Positions 9,554-18,701 of a stretch of DNA of 64,000 nt are shown here, piece after piece (the stretch's first letter is position 1; every line of letters starts with the position of its first letter). The notes below the pieces were generated by a model that saw only the letters and a program-made list of their open reading frames with translations, did no database searches and had not been told where the DNA came from. The position numbers were made by a program, and so were the translations under genes. The stretch lies in the NCBI GenBank assembly GCA_025360345.1, contig JANYCJ010000137.1, positions 768 through 64,767 of the forward strand, given 5' to 3'. The stretch is from Alphaproteobacteria bacterium (GTDB lineage Bacteria > Pseudomonadota > Alphaproteobacteria > Rickettsiales > SXRF01).

Positions 9554-9961
9554 TTGCCACATGCCAAACTTATTGCACTTCACAGCGTGGACCACGGGGA
9601 GATGGGCACGCTGGGGGTGGCTGAACAGGGCAAGGACATTCCCTTTGCCATCCGGCGGGTTTTTTACCTGTATGGCATGAAAAAGGGCGCGGTGCGGGGC
9701 GACCATGCGCACAAGGCACAGGAGCAGTTCATTATCTGCCTGAGCGGAAGCATTTCCCTGAATACGATTGATGCCGAGCATGAGGAACATTTTACCCTGT
9801 CGCACCCAAGGCAGGGGGTTTATCTGCCTGCCATGACATGGGTGCGGGTACAGGCCGTTTCGGTTCCGGCGATCTACATGGTTGCCGCATCGGGGCTGTA
9901 TGACGAAGCCGATTATATCCGCGATTACGCGGTCTTTAAAACCCTGACTGGGGGCGCGTAA
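9554..9961 (+). CDS. WxcM/FdtA-like cupin, putative dTDP-4-keto-6-deoxyhexose 3,4-ketoisomerase
   Basis: 135 aa with a TTG start. The motifs …GTLGVAEQGKDIPFAIRRVFYLYG…VRGDHAHK…QFIICLSGS… match the FdtA/QdtA family pattern (PF..RR.YY, RG.HAHK). Confidence 0.7.
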   Translation: MPHAKLIALHSVDHGEMGTLGVAEQGKDIPFAIRRVFYLYGMKKGAVRGDHAHKAQEQFIICLSGSISLNTIDAEHEEHFTLSHPRQGVYLPAMTWVRVQAVSVPAIYMVAASGLYDEADYIRDYAVFKTLTGGA

Positions 9962-9965
9962 CCCT

Positions 9966-11072
9966 GTGCAGATACCGCTTAACGATTTGAAGCGCCATGT
10001 TACGCCGTTGATGGCGGAGCTGATGGGTGCGTGTGAGGCGGTGGTGGCCAGCGGGCAGTATGTGCTTGGCGCGCAGGGCGAGGCGTTTGAAGTGGCATTT
10101 GCGGCGTATTGCGGGGTGGCGCACTGCGCGGGCGTGGCCAACGGGACGGAGGCGCTGGAGCTTGCCGTGACCGCAGCTGGCTGCGGCGCGGGCGACGATA
10201 TTGTGACCGTGGCCAATGCCGGGGGGTATGCCAGCGCCGCTATTTTGCACGCGGGGGCCACACCGGTGTATGCGGATATCGACCCGCTGAGTTTTGTCAT
10301 GACGGCGGAGCATTTTCTTCAGGCGCGGACAGCAGCCACCAAGGCGGTGATTGTGACCCACCTTTACGGGCTGATGGCGGACATGCCTGCCATTTGCGAG
10401 GCGGCGGGGCGCTACGGCATCACGGTGATTGAAGACTGCGCGCAAGCGCACGGGGCAAGCCGGGACGGGCGCAAGGCCGGAAGCTGGGGGGCAATGGGCT
10501 GTTTCAGTTTTTATCCCACTAAAAACCTTGGCGCGCTGGGGGATGCGGGCTGCGTGGTGACGCGGGATGCACCGCTGGCGGCGCGGATCAAGAGCTTACG
10601 GCAGCATGGCTGGGGAGAAAAATATATTGTACCGCGTGAGGTGGGGCGCAATAGCCGCATGGACGAACTGCAGGCGGCGCTACTGCTGCGGATGCTGCCT
10701 TACCTCGACCGGTGGAATGAGGTGCGGCGAAATATTGCCCGGCGCTACCGGGAGGCGGGGATTACAGGCGTGCGTTTCCAGCAGGTTGGGCGGGAGGAAG
10801 GCTACGTCGCGCATTTATGCGTGGCTTTCAGCGAGCGCCGGGAGGAGATTATGGCGGGATTGCAGCGTGCCCAGATCGGTGCTGCGGTGCACTACCCGGT
10901 GGCGGATTACGCGCAGCCGGGCTTTCGCAAGCGCATGGGCGACGTTGCGCCCCTGCCGCATACTGAGCAGGCGCTGGGGGGTATCTTTAGCCTGCCGTGC
11001 TTCCCCGAAATGACGGATGACGACATTGAACAGGTGATCCGCGTTCTTCAACATCATGGACAGGCTTTATGA
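9966..11072 (+). CDS. DegT/DnrJ/EryC1/StrS-family PLP-dependent sugar aminotransferase
   Basis: 368 aa with a GTG start. It has the typical N-terminus IPLNDLKRH, the motifs …IEDCAQAHGA… and …FSFYPTKNLGALGDAG… (PLP lysine context). The gene overlaps the next gene by 4 nt. Confidence 0.9.
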   Translation: MQIPLNDLKRHVTPLMAELMGACEAVVASGQYVLGAQGEAFEVAFAAYCGVAHCAGVANGTEALELAVTAAGCGAGDDIVTVANAGGYASAAILHAGATPVYADIDPLSFVMTAEHFLQARTAATKAVIVTHLYGLMADMPAICEAAGRYGITVIEDCAQAHGASRDGRKAGSWGAMGCFSFYPTKNLGALGDAGCVVTRDAPLAARIKSLRQHGWGEKYIVPREVGRNSRMDELQAALLLRMLPYLDRWNEVRRNIARRYREAGITGVRFQQVGREEGYVAHLCVAFSERREEIMAGLQRAQIGAAVHYPVADYAQPGFRKRMGDVAPLPHTEQALGGIFSLPCFPEMTDDDIEQVIRVLQHHGQAL

Positions 11073-12019
11073 CCCCTCCCCTGCTCTCCATTATCGTGCC
11101 GGTTTATTATAATGCGGACTCGCTCAATGAGTTATTTGAGCGGCTGACTGCGCTTGAGAGCGAGCTTGCGGCGCGGGATGCGCGGATGGAGCTGATTTTC
11201 GTGGATGACGGCTCGGGCGACGATTCGTTCAAGGTGTTGCGCGGCCTGCAGGCGCGGAGGCCGGGAACGAAGATCATCAAGCTTACGCGCAATTTCGGCG
11301 GGGTTGCCAGCAGCTGGTCGGGCTTTCCTTACGCCACGGGCGACTGCGTGGCAGTGCTGGCGGCAGATTTACAAGACCCGCCGGAGCAGATATTGCCGAT
11401 GTTCGAGGCATGGAAAGAAGGGCACAAGCTAGTGTTTTCGCACCGGCGCACGCGGCACGACCCGTGGGTATCAAAGATGCTGGCGGGATTTTATTACCAA
11501 TTGCTCAACAGGCTGGTGGTGAAAGATTTCCCACAGGGCGGGGCGGATATGATTTTGATGGATAAATCCTATATTCCCTATGTACTGGGGGCGCAGCGGG
11601 GCGTAAATTATTCGGTGTACCTGGTGTGGCTGGGGTTTGAGGCCAAGCTGTTTCCCTATGACCGGCAGGAGCGCAAGCACGGCAAGTCGCGTTGGTCTTT
11701 CCGTAAAAAATTCCTGTATTTCCTCGATACTATCACCGGGTTTACCGCCACGCCGCTGCGGCTGATTTCACTGGTGGGGCTGGTGGTGTCGTTTATCTGC
11801 CTTGCTTACGGGATCAAGCTGATCGCATGGTCTATGATTAACGGGGTGGAGGTTCCGGGCTTTGTGACGCTGGCGGTGCTGATAAGTTTTTCGACGAGCG
11901 TGATCGTGACCATGCTCAGCATTATCGGGGAATATCTGTGGCGGATTTTCGAGATCGTGAGTAAGCACCCCAAGTCGGTGGTGGAAAAGGCCTATCTTGG
12001 GGATGGGGACGAGGGCTGA
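11069..12019 (+). CDS. Family-2 glycosyltransferase of the polyprenyl-phosphate sugar transferase type (ArnC/GtrB/Dpm1-like)
   Basis: 316 aa. Motifs: LSIIVPVYYNADSL, FVDDGSGDDS, AADLQDPPE. Two C-terminal transmembrane helices (…LISLVGLVVSFICLAYGIKLI… and …FVTLAVLISFSTSVIVTMLSII…) are typical of this subgroup. Confidence 0.85.
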   Translation: MTPPLLSIIVPVYYNADSLNELFERLTALESELAARDARMELIFVDDGSGDDSFKVLRGLQARRPGTKIIKLTRNFGGVASSWSGFPYATGDCVAVLAADLQDPPEQILPMFEAWKEGHKLVFSHRRTRHDPWVSKMLAGFYYQLLNRLVVKDFPQGGADMILMDKSYIPYVLGAQRGVNYSVYLVWLGFEAKLFPYDRQERKHGKSRWSFRKKFLYFLDTITGFTATPLRLISLVGLVVSFICLAYGIKLIAWSMINGVEVPGFVTLAVLISFSTSVIVTMLSIIGEYLWRIFEIVSKHPKSVVEKAYLGDGDEG

Positions 12020-14068
12020 TTATTCCGCCCCGCGCTCCAGCACCAGAATATTGCCGAATCGCAATGCTTCCTTATATCCTTCGAGGCGGGCTTTTTTTAC
12101 CAGCATGGCATAGCGCGGCTCGTCGTTTTTGCTGGCTATGAAGCGTGGCTGGCGGTGCAGGATGTCATCTATCTGCTCCTCGGGCGAGGTGGCCTTGCGA
12201 AGCAGCAGGGAGTTTTGCTTGTCCAGCAGCAGCGCGCGTGGGAAGACATGCAGGGTGACGATGGGGCTCTTCATATAATAAGGCAGGAGCGGCAGGTCGT
12301 AGGTAAATACAGGCTGCCCCCCGCCTCCCTGAAGCAGCATGAACTCGCTCAGCTTATAGACGCCGTCATGCTGCAGGGGCAGGTTATTATTCCATTTGGC
12401 GGCGAGCTCGAAGCCGCTCAGTGTATTGTCGCGGATATTATAAAGGGCGAATACCGTGACTGCGGCGACCAGAAGGGCGGTTATACGCCGGGTCATGAGC
12501 ACGGAGACGGCCGCGCCGAGCAGGATGGAAAAGGGCACGATCATTTGCAGCAGGTAATGCTCATGCTGGTAGACAAGGATGAAAGTGGCGCAGAAAACGC
12601 CCACGGTGATGACGAGAAGCTCCAGCATCTGGCGGCGCATGGGGCAATCGCGCCGCCCCAGCTGCACGGCGGCGGCCAGCAGCAATGCCAGCGGCAGCGC
12701 CCAGATGCGCCCGATTTCCGCGGCAAAGCGCGTGGCGGAGATGAGGTATTGGGAGGCGAGCGAAGGCAGGTTTTGCGATGCCACCTCCACCCCGGAGTCC
12801 GAAAAACCGGCAAAGGGGGCGAGCACCATGCCGTTTACCAAGGTGCGCACGTGGCCGATAGAGGCATATAAAGCGAATAGCACTATATAAGGAATAAGCG
12901 TGCCGCTGCCCAGCCAGAGGATGGGTTTTATACGGGCAGTGAGGGTTGGGGCTTTGCGCAGGAAAAGGACGAGGGCGAGGAAAGGCAATGCCACGATGAG
13001 GTTGGTACGGGTCAGGGTGGCGCAGGCGGCGAAAAGGCCTGCCAGGAGCATATCGCGGCTGGTTGCAGCTGGCTTCAGGGCGAAGTATAGCATCAGCGCT
13101 AAGGGGAGGCTGGCGGCCAGTTCGGTGAAGATGAAAGTGTTACCGTGGTCAAAGGTATAAGCAGGCACGCTGAAGGCGAGCAGGCCGAATGCGGCGCTGG
13201 CTATGCCCGCATAAGGCAATGCCATGTTCTTTCCAATACGGTAGAGCACGTAGCTGGTGAAACCCAGATAGAATGCCATCATCAGGCGGACACCCGGCAG
13301 GGAAGAGGCGAAGAGCTCGAAAAAGGCATAAATTACATTCACCAGCGGGGGCTTGTTCTCGAAAGTAGCAAGGTAGGGCCAGTTGCCCTGCAGCAGGTCA
13401 CGCCCTAGCAGAAGGAACGCGCCCTCATCGCCAGAGGCCCATTCACATAAATATGGCAGGCGCAGCACAACAGAAAAAAACAGGCACAGCGCAAGCACAG
13501 CATGATCGCGGCTGATGCGGGGGCGGTAGCGCAGGGCCAGCCCCCCGGCCACGCACAGCAGGCCGGATAGCAGGATGGCCGTTGTTTGCAGGCGGCCGGG
13601 AAGATGGGCGGCAACCGGTTCAAAGCGGAGGCCATAATAGGCGCCGCCGTTATCATCAATTTCAATATGGATCTTGTTGCTGCCTACATTCAGCACAGAC
13701 CGCAGCTCCACGATGAAGCCTTCCTTGTCGCATTTGTTGACATCTGCGGGGATGTTGAAATCGGCGCTGTTTACGCGCAGCACGGTAACGCAGTCATCGG
13801 GAATGACCTGAAATCGCGCCCGCTCACCCTTGTTGTAAAACAGGGTGATGTTAAAGCTGTAATGCCCTTTCTCTTTCACCTCGTTATGGATGTAGGGCAG
13901 CGAGGCCTCGACGGGGAAGCGATAGGTGTCGCCGGATACGACGACCTTGCCGATCGTGGGGATAAGGGATTGTGCATATACCGCCCACAGCCAAAATCCC
14001 AGCCAGAGGGCCGCGCCGAATGCGCAAAGGAGTGTGGATGGCTTTGTGGTATGGCGGAAACCGCGCAT
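12020..14068 (-). CDS. GT-C-type polytopic membrane glycosyltransferase (ArnT/PMT-like) with an extra N-terminal periplasmic domain
   Basis: 682 aa. It has an N-terminal anchor helix, a soluble segment of about 125 aa, then many hydrophobic helices and a C-terminal soluble domain. The gene is convergent with and directly abuts the GT2 gene. The family call rests on topology and context rather than on a strict motif. Confidence 0.6.
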   Translation of the reverse strand: MRGFRHTTKPSTLLCAFGAALWLGFWLWAVYAQSLIPTIGKVVVSGDTYRFPVEASLPYIHNEVKEKGHYSFNITLFYNKGERARFQVIPDDCVTVLRVNSADFNIPADVNKCDKEGFIVELRSVLNVGSNKIHIEIDDNGGAYYGLRFEPVAAHLPGRLQTTAILLSGLLCVAGGLALRYRPRISRDHAVLALCLFFSVVLRLPYLCEWASGDEGAFLLLGRDLLQGNWPYLATFENKPPLVNVIYAFFELFASSLPGVRLMMAFYLGFTSYVLYRIGKNMALPYAGIASAAFGLLAFSVPAYTFDHGNTFIFTELAASLPLALMLYFALKPAATSRDMLLAGLFAACATLTRTNLIVALPFLALVLFLRKAPTLTARIKPILWLGSGTLIPYIVLFALYASIGHVRTLVNGMVLAPFAGFSDSGVEVASQNLPSLASQYLISATRFAAEIGRIWALPLALLLAAAVQLGRRDCPMRRQMLELLVITVGVFCATFILVYQHEHYLLQMIVPFSILLGAAVSVLMTRRITALLVAAVTVFALYNIRDNTLSGFELAAKWNNNLPLQHDGVYKLSEFMLLQGGGGQPVFTYDLPLLPYYMKSPIVTLHVFPRALLLDKQNSLLLRKATSPEEQIDDILHRQPRFIASKNDEPRYAMLVKKARLEGYKEALRFGNILVLERGAE

Positions 14069-14225
14069 ATTTTTAGTGTGCTCCGGATATTTTTCCCGAG
14101 CGTAGCGGCAAACTGATAAATTTCCATGAAGAACATGGGCATGGTACGGCTGCCCCCCCTGCCCCGATAAGGGGCTTTAGGTATTATCCCTTATTCACCA
14201 GCATATTAGGCTTTCGGCTGCGCCA

Positions 14226-15317
14226 TTATGCGGAAATTTTGGATGACACCGGGACGGCTACCCGCAGCGGGGAATGCACAAGCTGATGGATGAAAGATAG
14301 CTTGGCGATGACATTCGGCGAAAGAATGAAAGGGTAAATATCGCTTAGCCCCATGCTGCGGTTCATGGCGTTCATGGCGTAGGTGAGCGGCAGCCAGACG
14401 TCGATGAACTCTTCGAAGCTTGTTAAGAGGTAGGGGTCGATAGTGGCGGTGGCGTGCAGCACCTTCTCATTGGTGATATTTGGGTGTACGGCAATGCCGT
14501 AGGCGTTTGAAGTTTCCAGGCTATCAACGATATGGAGGTAGTGCGCCCAGGTTTCGGCGAAGTCTTCCCAAGGATGGCTGGTGGCGTAGGTGCTGACGAA
14601 ATTTTCCTGCCAGTTGGCGGGGGCGCCTTCATTATAATGGCGTTTCAGGGCTTCGGCGTAATCCATCCGGTCGTCGCCGAATACGGCGCGGGATTCGTCC
14701 TGACGCTGCTGGTCGCGGATGAGGCGGTCCCAATAATAATGGCCGATTTCATGGCGGAAATGGCCGAGCAGCGTGCGGTACGGCTCATGCATCTGGGTGC
14801 GCATGGTTTCGCGCTGGGCGTCGTCGGCTTCTTTCAGGGCAAGGGTGATGATGCCTTCGTCATGGCCGGTGAGTACTTTTTTATCCGGGTCAGTGTCGGC
14901 GAGAAAGTCGAAAGCCAGACCATGCTCGGGATCATCGACACGGTTGGGAAGGGGCAGTTGCAGCCGCAGGAGGGTATAGAACAGGCGGTGCTTGGCGAAT
15001 TCCATTTTGCGCCAGTTTTCCATATTTTTTTCATCGGAAAGATCGGGTACGGTGCGGTTATGGCGACAGGCAATGCAGAATTTTTCATGGCTGGTAGCAG
15101 GAATGAGCCAGTTACAGGCGTCATATTTCGCGTTTTCACAGAATTTGGACAGCGCCCCGGGCAGCGCCATGAGCTGCCACAGGTCATTTCCGGCAGGCTG
15201 GAGGGCGCTTAGCTGGTTTTCCACTGGGAGGTAGCCAAGCACGCAGCCGCAGCGGGTGCAGTTACGGTTTTCAAAGAAAAGAATGAGTTCGCAGTTCTGG
15301 CATTTAAAGAGTTTCAT
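14226..15317 (-). CDS. Zinc-ribbon plus putative zinc metallopeptidase-domain protein
   Basis: 363 aa. The N-terminus has a CxxC...CxxC pattern (MKLFKCQNCELILFFENRNCTRCGC). There is an internal HExxH motif (FRHEIGHYYW). Confidence 0.7.
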   Translation of the reverse strand: MKLFKCQNCELILFFENRNCTRCGCVLGYLPVENQLSALQPAGNDLWQLMALPGALSKFCENAKYDACNWLIPATSHEKFCIACRHNRTVPDLSDEKNMENWRKMEFAKHRLFYTLLRLQLPLPNRVDDPEHGLAFDFLADTDPDKKVLTGHDEGIITLALKEADDAQRETMRTQMHEPYRTLLGHFRHEIGHYYWDRLIRDQQRQDESRAVFGDDRMDYAEALKRHYNEGAPANWQENFVSTYATSHPWEDFAETWAHYLHIVDSLETSNAYGIAVHPNITNEKVLHATATIDPYLLTSFEEFIDVWLPLTYAMNAMNRSMGLSDIYPFILSPNVIAKLSFIHQLVHSPLRVAVPVSSKISA

Positions 15318-15443
15318 AGGCCTTTTTCACATTTGGACGATTGCACGGCGGCGATCATCGCCATGGCGGCATAAAAATTCAATGCGTATGGCGATTGGTG
15401 GGGTTTGCTTGCTTTTTTACAGGGTTTGGGCTCTAGTTCAGCC

Positions 15444-16565
15444 ATGTCTACGACCTTGCAGCAACAACCGATTATTGCCGGGGCGGGCCCGGTTGGGCTG
15501 GCGGCCGGGGTTTTTTTGGCGCAGCAGGGCGTTTGTACGCGAATTATCGACGCTGCACCCCTGCCCTCGCCTTATTCCCGGGCGCTGGCGGTGAACCCCC
15601 GCACTTTAGAGCTGCTGGAGCCTACGGGCGTGACAGGAAGGATGCTGGAGCGGGGTATGCGCATACAGGATATATACCTGCACCATGACGCCGGGGTGCT
15701 TGCGCATTTTTCGCTGCGGAAGCTGAAGCACCGGTTTGCGTTCATGCTGGCGCTGTCGCAGGCGGCAACGGAAGAGCTGCTCTCGGATGCGCTTGGGGTG
15801 CTTGGCGGGCGGGTAGAGCGCGGGGTGCGGCTCACTGCGTGCAGCAGCAGCCGGAGCGCGGTGGAGGCGAGCATGGATACCGGCGGGCAGGCCCAAAATG
15901 CAAGTGTGCCGTGGCTGCTGGGGGCAGACGGGGCGCATAGCACGGTGCGGGCGCAGGCGGGGGTGGAGTTTGAAGGCAGCAGTTTCCCCGAGCCGTGGTT
16001 CCTGACCGATGTGGCGCTGGACACAGATTTGCAAGTGGATGCGGCGCATATCTGGTTTTTTGACGCGGGCGGTTTTGTGTTCATGCTGCCGGTGGTGGAC
16101 GACATACGCAAACCCGGCGCGCAGGTGTGGCGGGTGATGGGCACGGTAGAGAATATGTTTGAACGGCTGCCGGTGAAAATGGCGGGACAGCCGGTGTGGC
16201 AATCGCAGTTTCACGTGGCGCACCGCATTGTTTCTGCGATGCGCAAGGGGCAGCTTTACCTTGCGGGCGATGCGGCGCATATCCACTCGCCGATGGGGGC
16301 GCGGGGGATGAACCTTGGCATTGAAGACGCATGGCAATTCGCGGCGCTGCACAAGGCCGGGCGGCTGGAAGAATACGGGATAATACGGCGGGAGGTCGAC
16401 CAGCGGGTGGTGAAACGCGTGGAAATGATGACCAAGATGGCGCGGGGCGAGGCGGCGTGGCAGCGTGTGGCGCGGCGGCGGCTGGTGCCGGTGCTGGCAC
16501 GGCTGCCGTACGCATTTAGCCAGCTGGTGAAAACGGTCAACGGGCTGGACCATGCCGTTGGCTGA
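15444..16565 (+). CDS. FAD-dependent aromatic-ring monooxygenase family protein (UbiH/PheA-like)
   Basis: The N-terminus has IIAGAGPVGLAAGVFLAQQG (GxGxxG), and later LAGDAAHIHSPMGARGMNLGIEDA. The ATG at 15444 is preferred over the track's TTG at 15405. Confidence 0.85.
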   Translation: MSTTLQQQPIIAGAGPVGLAAGVFLAQQGVCTRIIDAAPLPSPYSRALAVNPRTLELLEPTGVTGRMLERGMRIQDIYLHHDAGVLAHFSLRKLKHRFAFMLALSQAATEELLSDALGVLGGRVERGVRLTACSSSRSAVEASMDTGGQAQNASVPWLLGADGAHSTVRAQAGVEFEGSSFPEPWFLTDVALDTDLQVDAAHIWFFDAGGFVFMLPVVDDIRKPGAQVWRVMGTVENMFERLPVKMAGQPVWQSQFHVAHRIVSAMRKGQLYLAGDAAHIHSPMGARGMNLGIEDAWQFAALHKAGRLEEYGIIRREVDQRVVKRVEMMTKMARGEAAWQRVARRRLVPVLARLPYAFSQLVKTVNGLDHAVG

Positions 16566-16632
16566 CAGCGGAGTAATTCTGGACTAAGGCATGAAACTTT
16601 GCTAAGACAGAGCCTTAATCAACCGGGGCGTT

Positions 16633-17226
16633 ATGAAGACCGAGATTACACACCCGCTATGGCTGCGCATTACCCACTGGCTGAACGCCGTTGCGGTGAT
16701 TATCATGGTGCTCAGCGGCTGGCAGATTTATAATGCCTCGCCGATTTTCGCGTTTAAGTTTCCCCATGACTGGGCGCTGGGCGGCTGGCTGGGGGGCGGG
16801 CTGCAATGGCATTTCGCGGCGATGTGGCTGCTGGTGTTCAACGGCGTGGTGTATCTTACCAGGAGCATTGTCACGGGGCGGATGAAAAAGAAATTTTTCC
16901 CGGTGAGCATCGGGGAAGCGGTGCGGGAGTTTTTCCTGGCGCTGAAGTTCAAGCTGTCGCACCAGGATTTGTCCCATTATAACATGCTGCAAAAAATCGC
17001 CTATCTGGTTGCCATCGCGGATTTGTTCGTGATCGTGGCTTCGGGGCTGGTGGTGTGGAAGCAGGTGCAGTTCCCGCTGTTGCGCGACCTGATGGGCGGG
17101 TATGATAATGCGCGGATCGTGCATTTCGCGGGCATGGCGGTGATGGTGGGTTTCATTGTGGTGCATGTGGCGCTTGTAGCCATTGTGCCGCGCACATTAC
17201 TGGGGATGATCCGTGGCCGATTCTAA
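16633..17226 (+). CDS. Membrane di-haem cytochrome b (Ni_hydr_CYTB / b561-like) subunit
   Basis: 197 aa with 4 predicted helices. The N-terminus LWLRITHWLNAVAVIIMVLSGWQIY is typical of the family, and the histidines in the helices are conserved. The gene overlaps the molybdoenzyme gene by 14 nt. Confidence 0.75.
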   Translation: MKTEITHPLWLRITHWLNAVAVIIMVLSGWQIYNASPIFAFKFPHDWALGGWLGGGLQWHFAAMWLLVFNGVVYLTRSIVTGRMKKKFFPVSIGEAVREFFLALKFKLSHQDLSHYNMLQKIAYLVAIADLFVIVASGLVVWKQVQFPLLRDLMGGYDNARIVHFAGMAVMVGFIVVHVALVAIVPRTLLGMIRGRF

Positions 17227-18007
17227 CAAATTCCCCCCTTCTCCGTTCCGGCAGAAAATTACGCTCGACCGTGAGATGATTATCAAGGACGCCGAAAAAC
17301 TGCTCAGCCCCTCGCGGCGGCTGTTTGGCAAGAAAATGCTCAGCCTTGGCGGGCTGGTGATGCTTACGGGCTGCAAGCTGGATGCGCCGGAATCAGTGGA
17401 AAAACTCCTTGAATCGGTGTCGCGGTTTAACGACAAGGCGCAGGCCTGGCTGTTTGACCCGACGAAGCTGGCGCCGGAATACCCGGAATCCATGATTACA
17501 CGCCCCTTCCCTTTCAACGCGTTTTACAGCGAAGACAAAGCCCCCGTGGTTGACCCGCGCAGCTATTCGCTGAAGCTGGCGGGCATGATCGACAACAAGA
17601 CGCCAGTGACGCTGGCGCAGTTGAACGCCATGCCGCAGCAGAGCCAGGTGACGCGCCATATCTGCGTGGAGGGCTGGAGCGCCATCGGCAAATGGGGCGG
17701 GGTGCGGTTCAGCGAGTTTTTGAAAATGGTGGGTGCGGATACCACACAGCCTTATGTGGGCTTTAAATGCGCCGATGATTATTATTTGAGCATAGACATG
17801 CCAACCGCGCTGCACCCGCAGACGATCATGGCGCTCACCTATGACGGCGAGACCCTGCCCACCAAGTATGGCTTCCCCATGAAGCTGCGTATGCCCACTA
17901 AGCTGGGGTATAAGAACCCTAAGCATATCACTGAAATCTCGGTGACCAATGTCAATCCCGGCGGTTACTGGGAAGACCAGGGCTATAACTGGTTCGGCGG
18001 CTCCTGA
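17213..18007 (+). CDS. Molybdopterin-binding oxidoreductase (sulfite-oxidase/YedY fold), probable Tat-exported lipoprotein
   Basis: 264 aa. It has a twin-arginine-like SRRLFGKK followed by the hydrophobic stretch LSLGGLVMLTGC (lipobox-like). The catalytic-domain motif is VTRHICVEGWSAIGKWGGVRFSEFL. Confidence 0.8.
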   Translation: MADSNKFPPSPFRQKITLDREMIIKDAEKLLSPSRRLFGKKMLSLGGLVMLTGCKLDAPESVEKLLESVSRFNDKAQAWLFDPTKLAPEYPESMITRPFPFNAFYSEDKAPVVDPRSYSLKLAGMIDNKTPVTLAQLNAMPQQSQVTRHICVEGWSAIGKWGGVRFSEFLKMVGADTTQPYVGFKCADDYYLSIDMPTALHPQTIMALTYDGETLPTKYGFPMKLRMPTKLGYKNPKHITEISVTNVNPGGYWEDQGYNWFGGS

Positions 18008-18697
18008 TTACTTGGTGAAAGAGGCTGCGCCGAGGATGGGCCCCTGATCGGGGGCTTGTGCCAGAATGGCCACACCGTCACCGGTGAGGGGTGGAATATT
18101 CAGTGACAGGCTCGGGGTTTGCGCGGAGAGAGTGCCGAGGCGCTTGAAGCTGGTGACGTTATTGACGCTTTCAAGGGTGCGCCCCCCGTTTTCACCGGAT
18201 TTCACATTCACTTTCGTATAGCGGTCGAAGCGCACTTCCCAAATATCGACTGGGCTTGAGGAGGTGGCCGTCACGGCCAGGTTTCCATCTGCGGGGGCTA
18301 TGGAAACCGTGGCCGGACGGGGCATCTGCCGCGCATTAGTGATAGCGGCGGATACGGCGGATTCGTCGTTACCCACCACGGAGGTTGCTCCATTTACGAT
18401 GAGTTGCGGCGTGAATACATGGCCCGAACCATGGGAATACACGGTTTGGCGCTGGGTGTTTGCGGGAGAGGAATAGGTATCTTTCCAGCTTAACTGGTCC
18501 CAGTAATCTACATGGAAGGAGAGCGGCAGCACGGTGCTATCGGATTCCGACAATTTTTTCATGAGCGCGTCCGCCGGCGGGCAGGAGGAGCAGCTTTGCG
18601 AGGTGAACAGCTCCAGCACCACGGGGCCCGTGGCGGCATTTGCGGGATTCAGGCCCGCGGCGAGGAAAAGCAAACCGATACTCCCTAATTTATGCAT
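18008..18697 (-). CDS. Secreted DUF1223-family thioredoxin-like protein (CxxC)
   Basis: It has a signal peptide (MHKLGSIGLLFLAAGLNPANA) and then ELFTSQSCSSCPPAD, the hallmark of DUF1223. The internal ATG at 18697 is preferred; the track start at 18718 would overlap msrA. Confidence 0.7.
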   Translation of the reverse strand: MHKLGSIGLLFLAAGLNPANAATGPVVLELFTSQSCSSCPPADALMKKLSESDSTVLPLSFHVDYWDQLSWKDTYSSPANTQRQTVYSHGSGHVFTPQLIVNGATSVVGNDESAVSAAITNARQMPRPATVSIAPADGNLAVTATSSSPVDIWEVRFDRYTKVNVKSGENGGRTLESVNNVTSFKRLGTLSAQTPSLSLNIPPLTGDGVAILAQAPDQGPILGAASFTK

Positions 18698-18701
18698 GGC
18701 C

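Noticed and set aside
9506-10300. 264-aa minus-strand ORF
   Set aside because: Antisense to the FdtA-like and DegT aminotransferase genes, which have strong family motifs. Its composition (Ala/Pro/Ser/Thr runs) is artefact-like.
14161-14175. Hairpin GCCCC-GATAA-GGGGC downstream of the metallopeptidase gene
   Set aside because: The stem is only 5 bp. On the relevant (minus) strand it is followed by a G-run rather than a U-tract, so it is not convincing as an intrinsic terminator.
15606-16553. 315-aa minus-strand ORF, plus others antisense to 15444..16565
   Set aside because: Extreme His/Pro/Arg composition. The plus-strand gene has canonical FAD-binding motifs.
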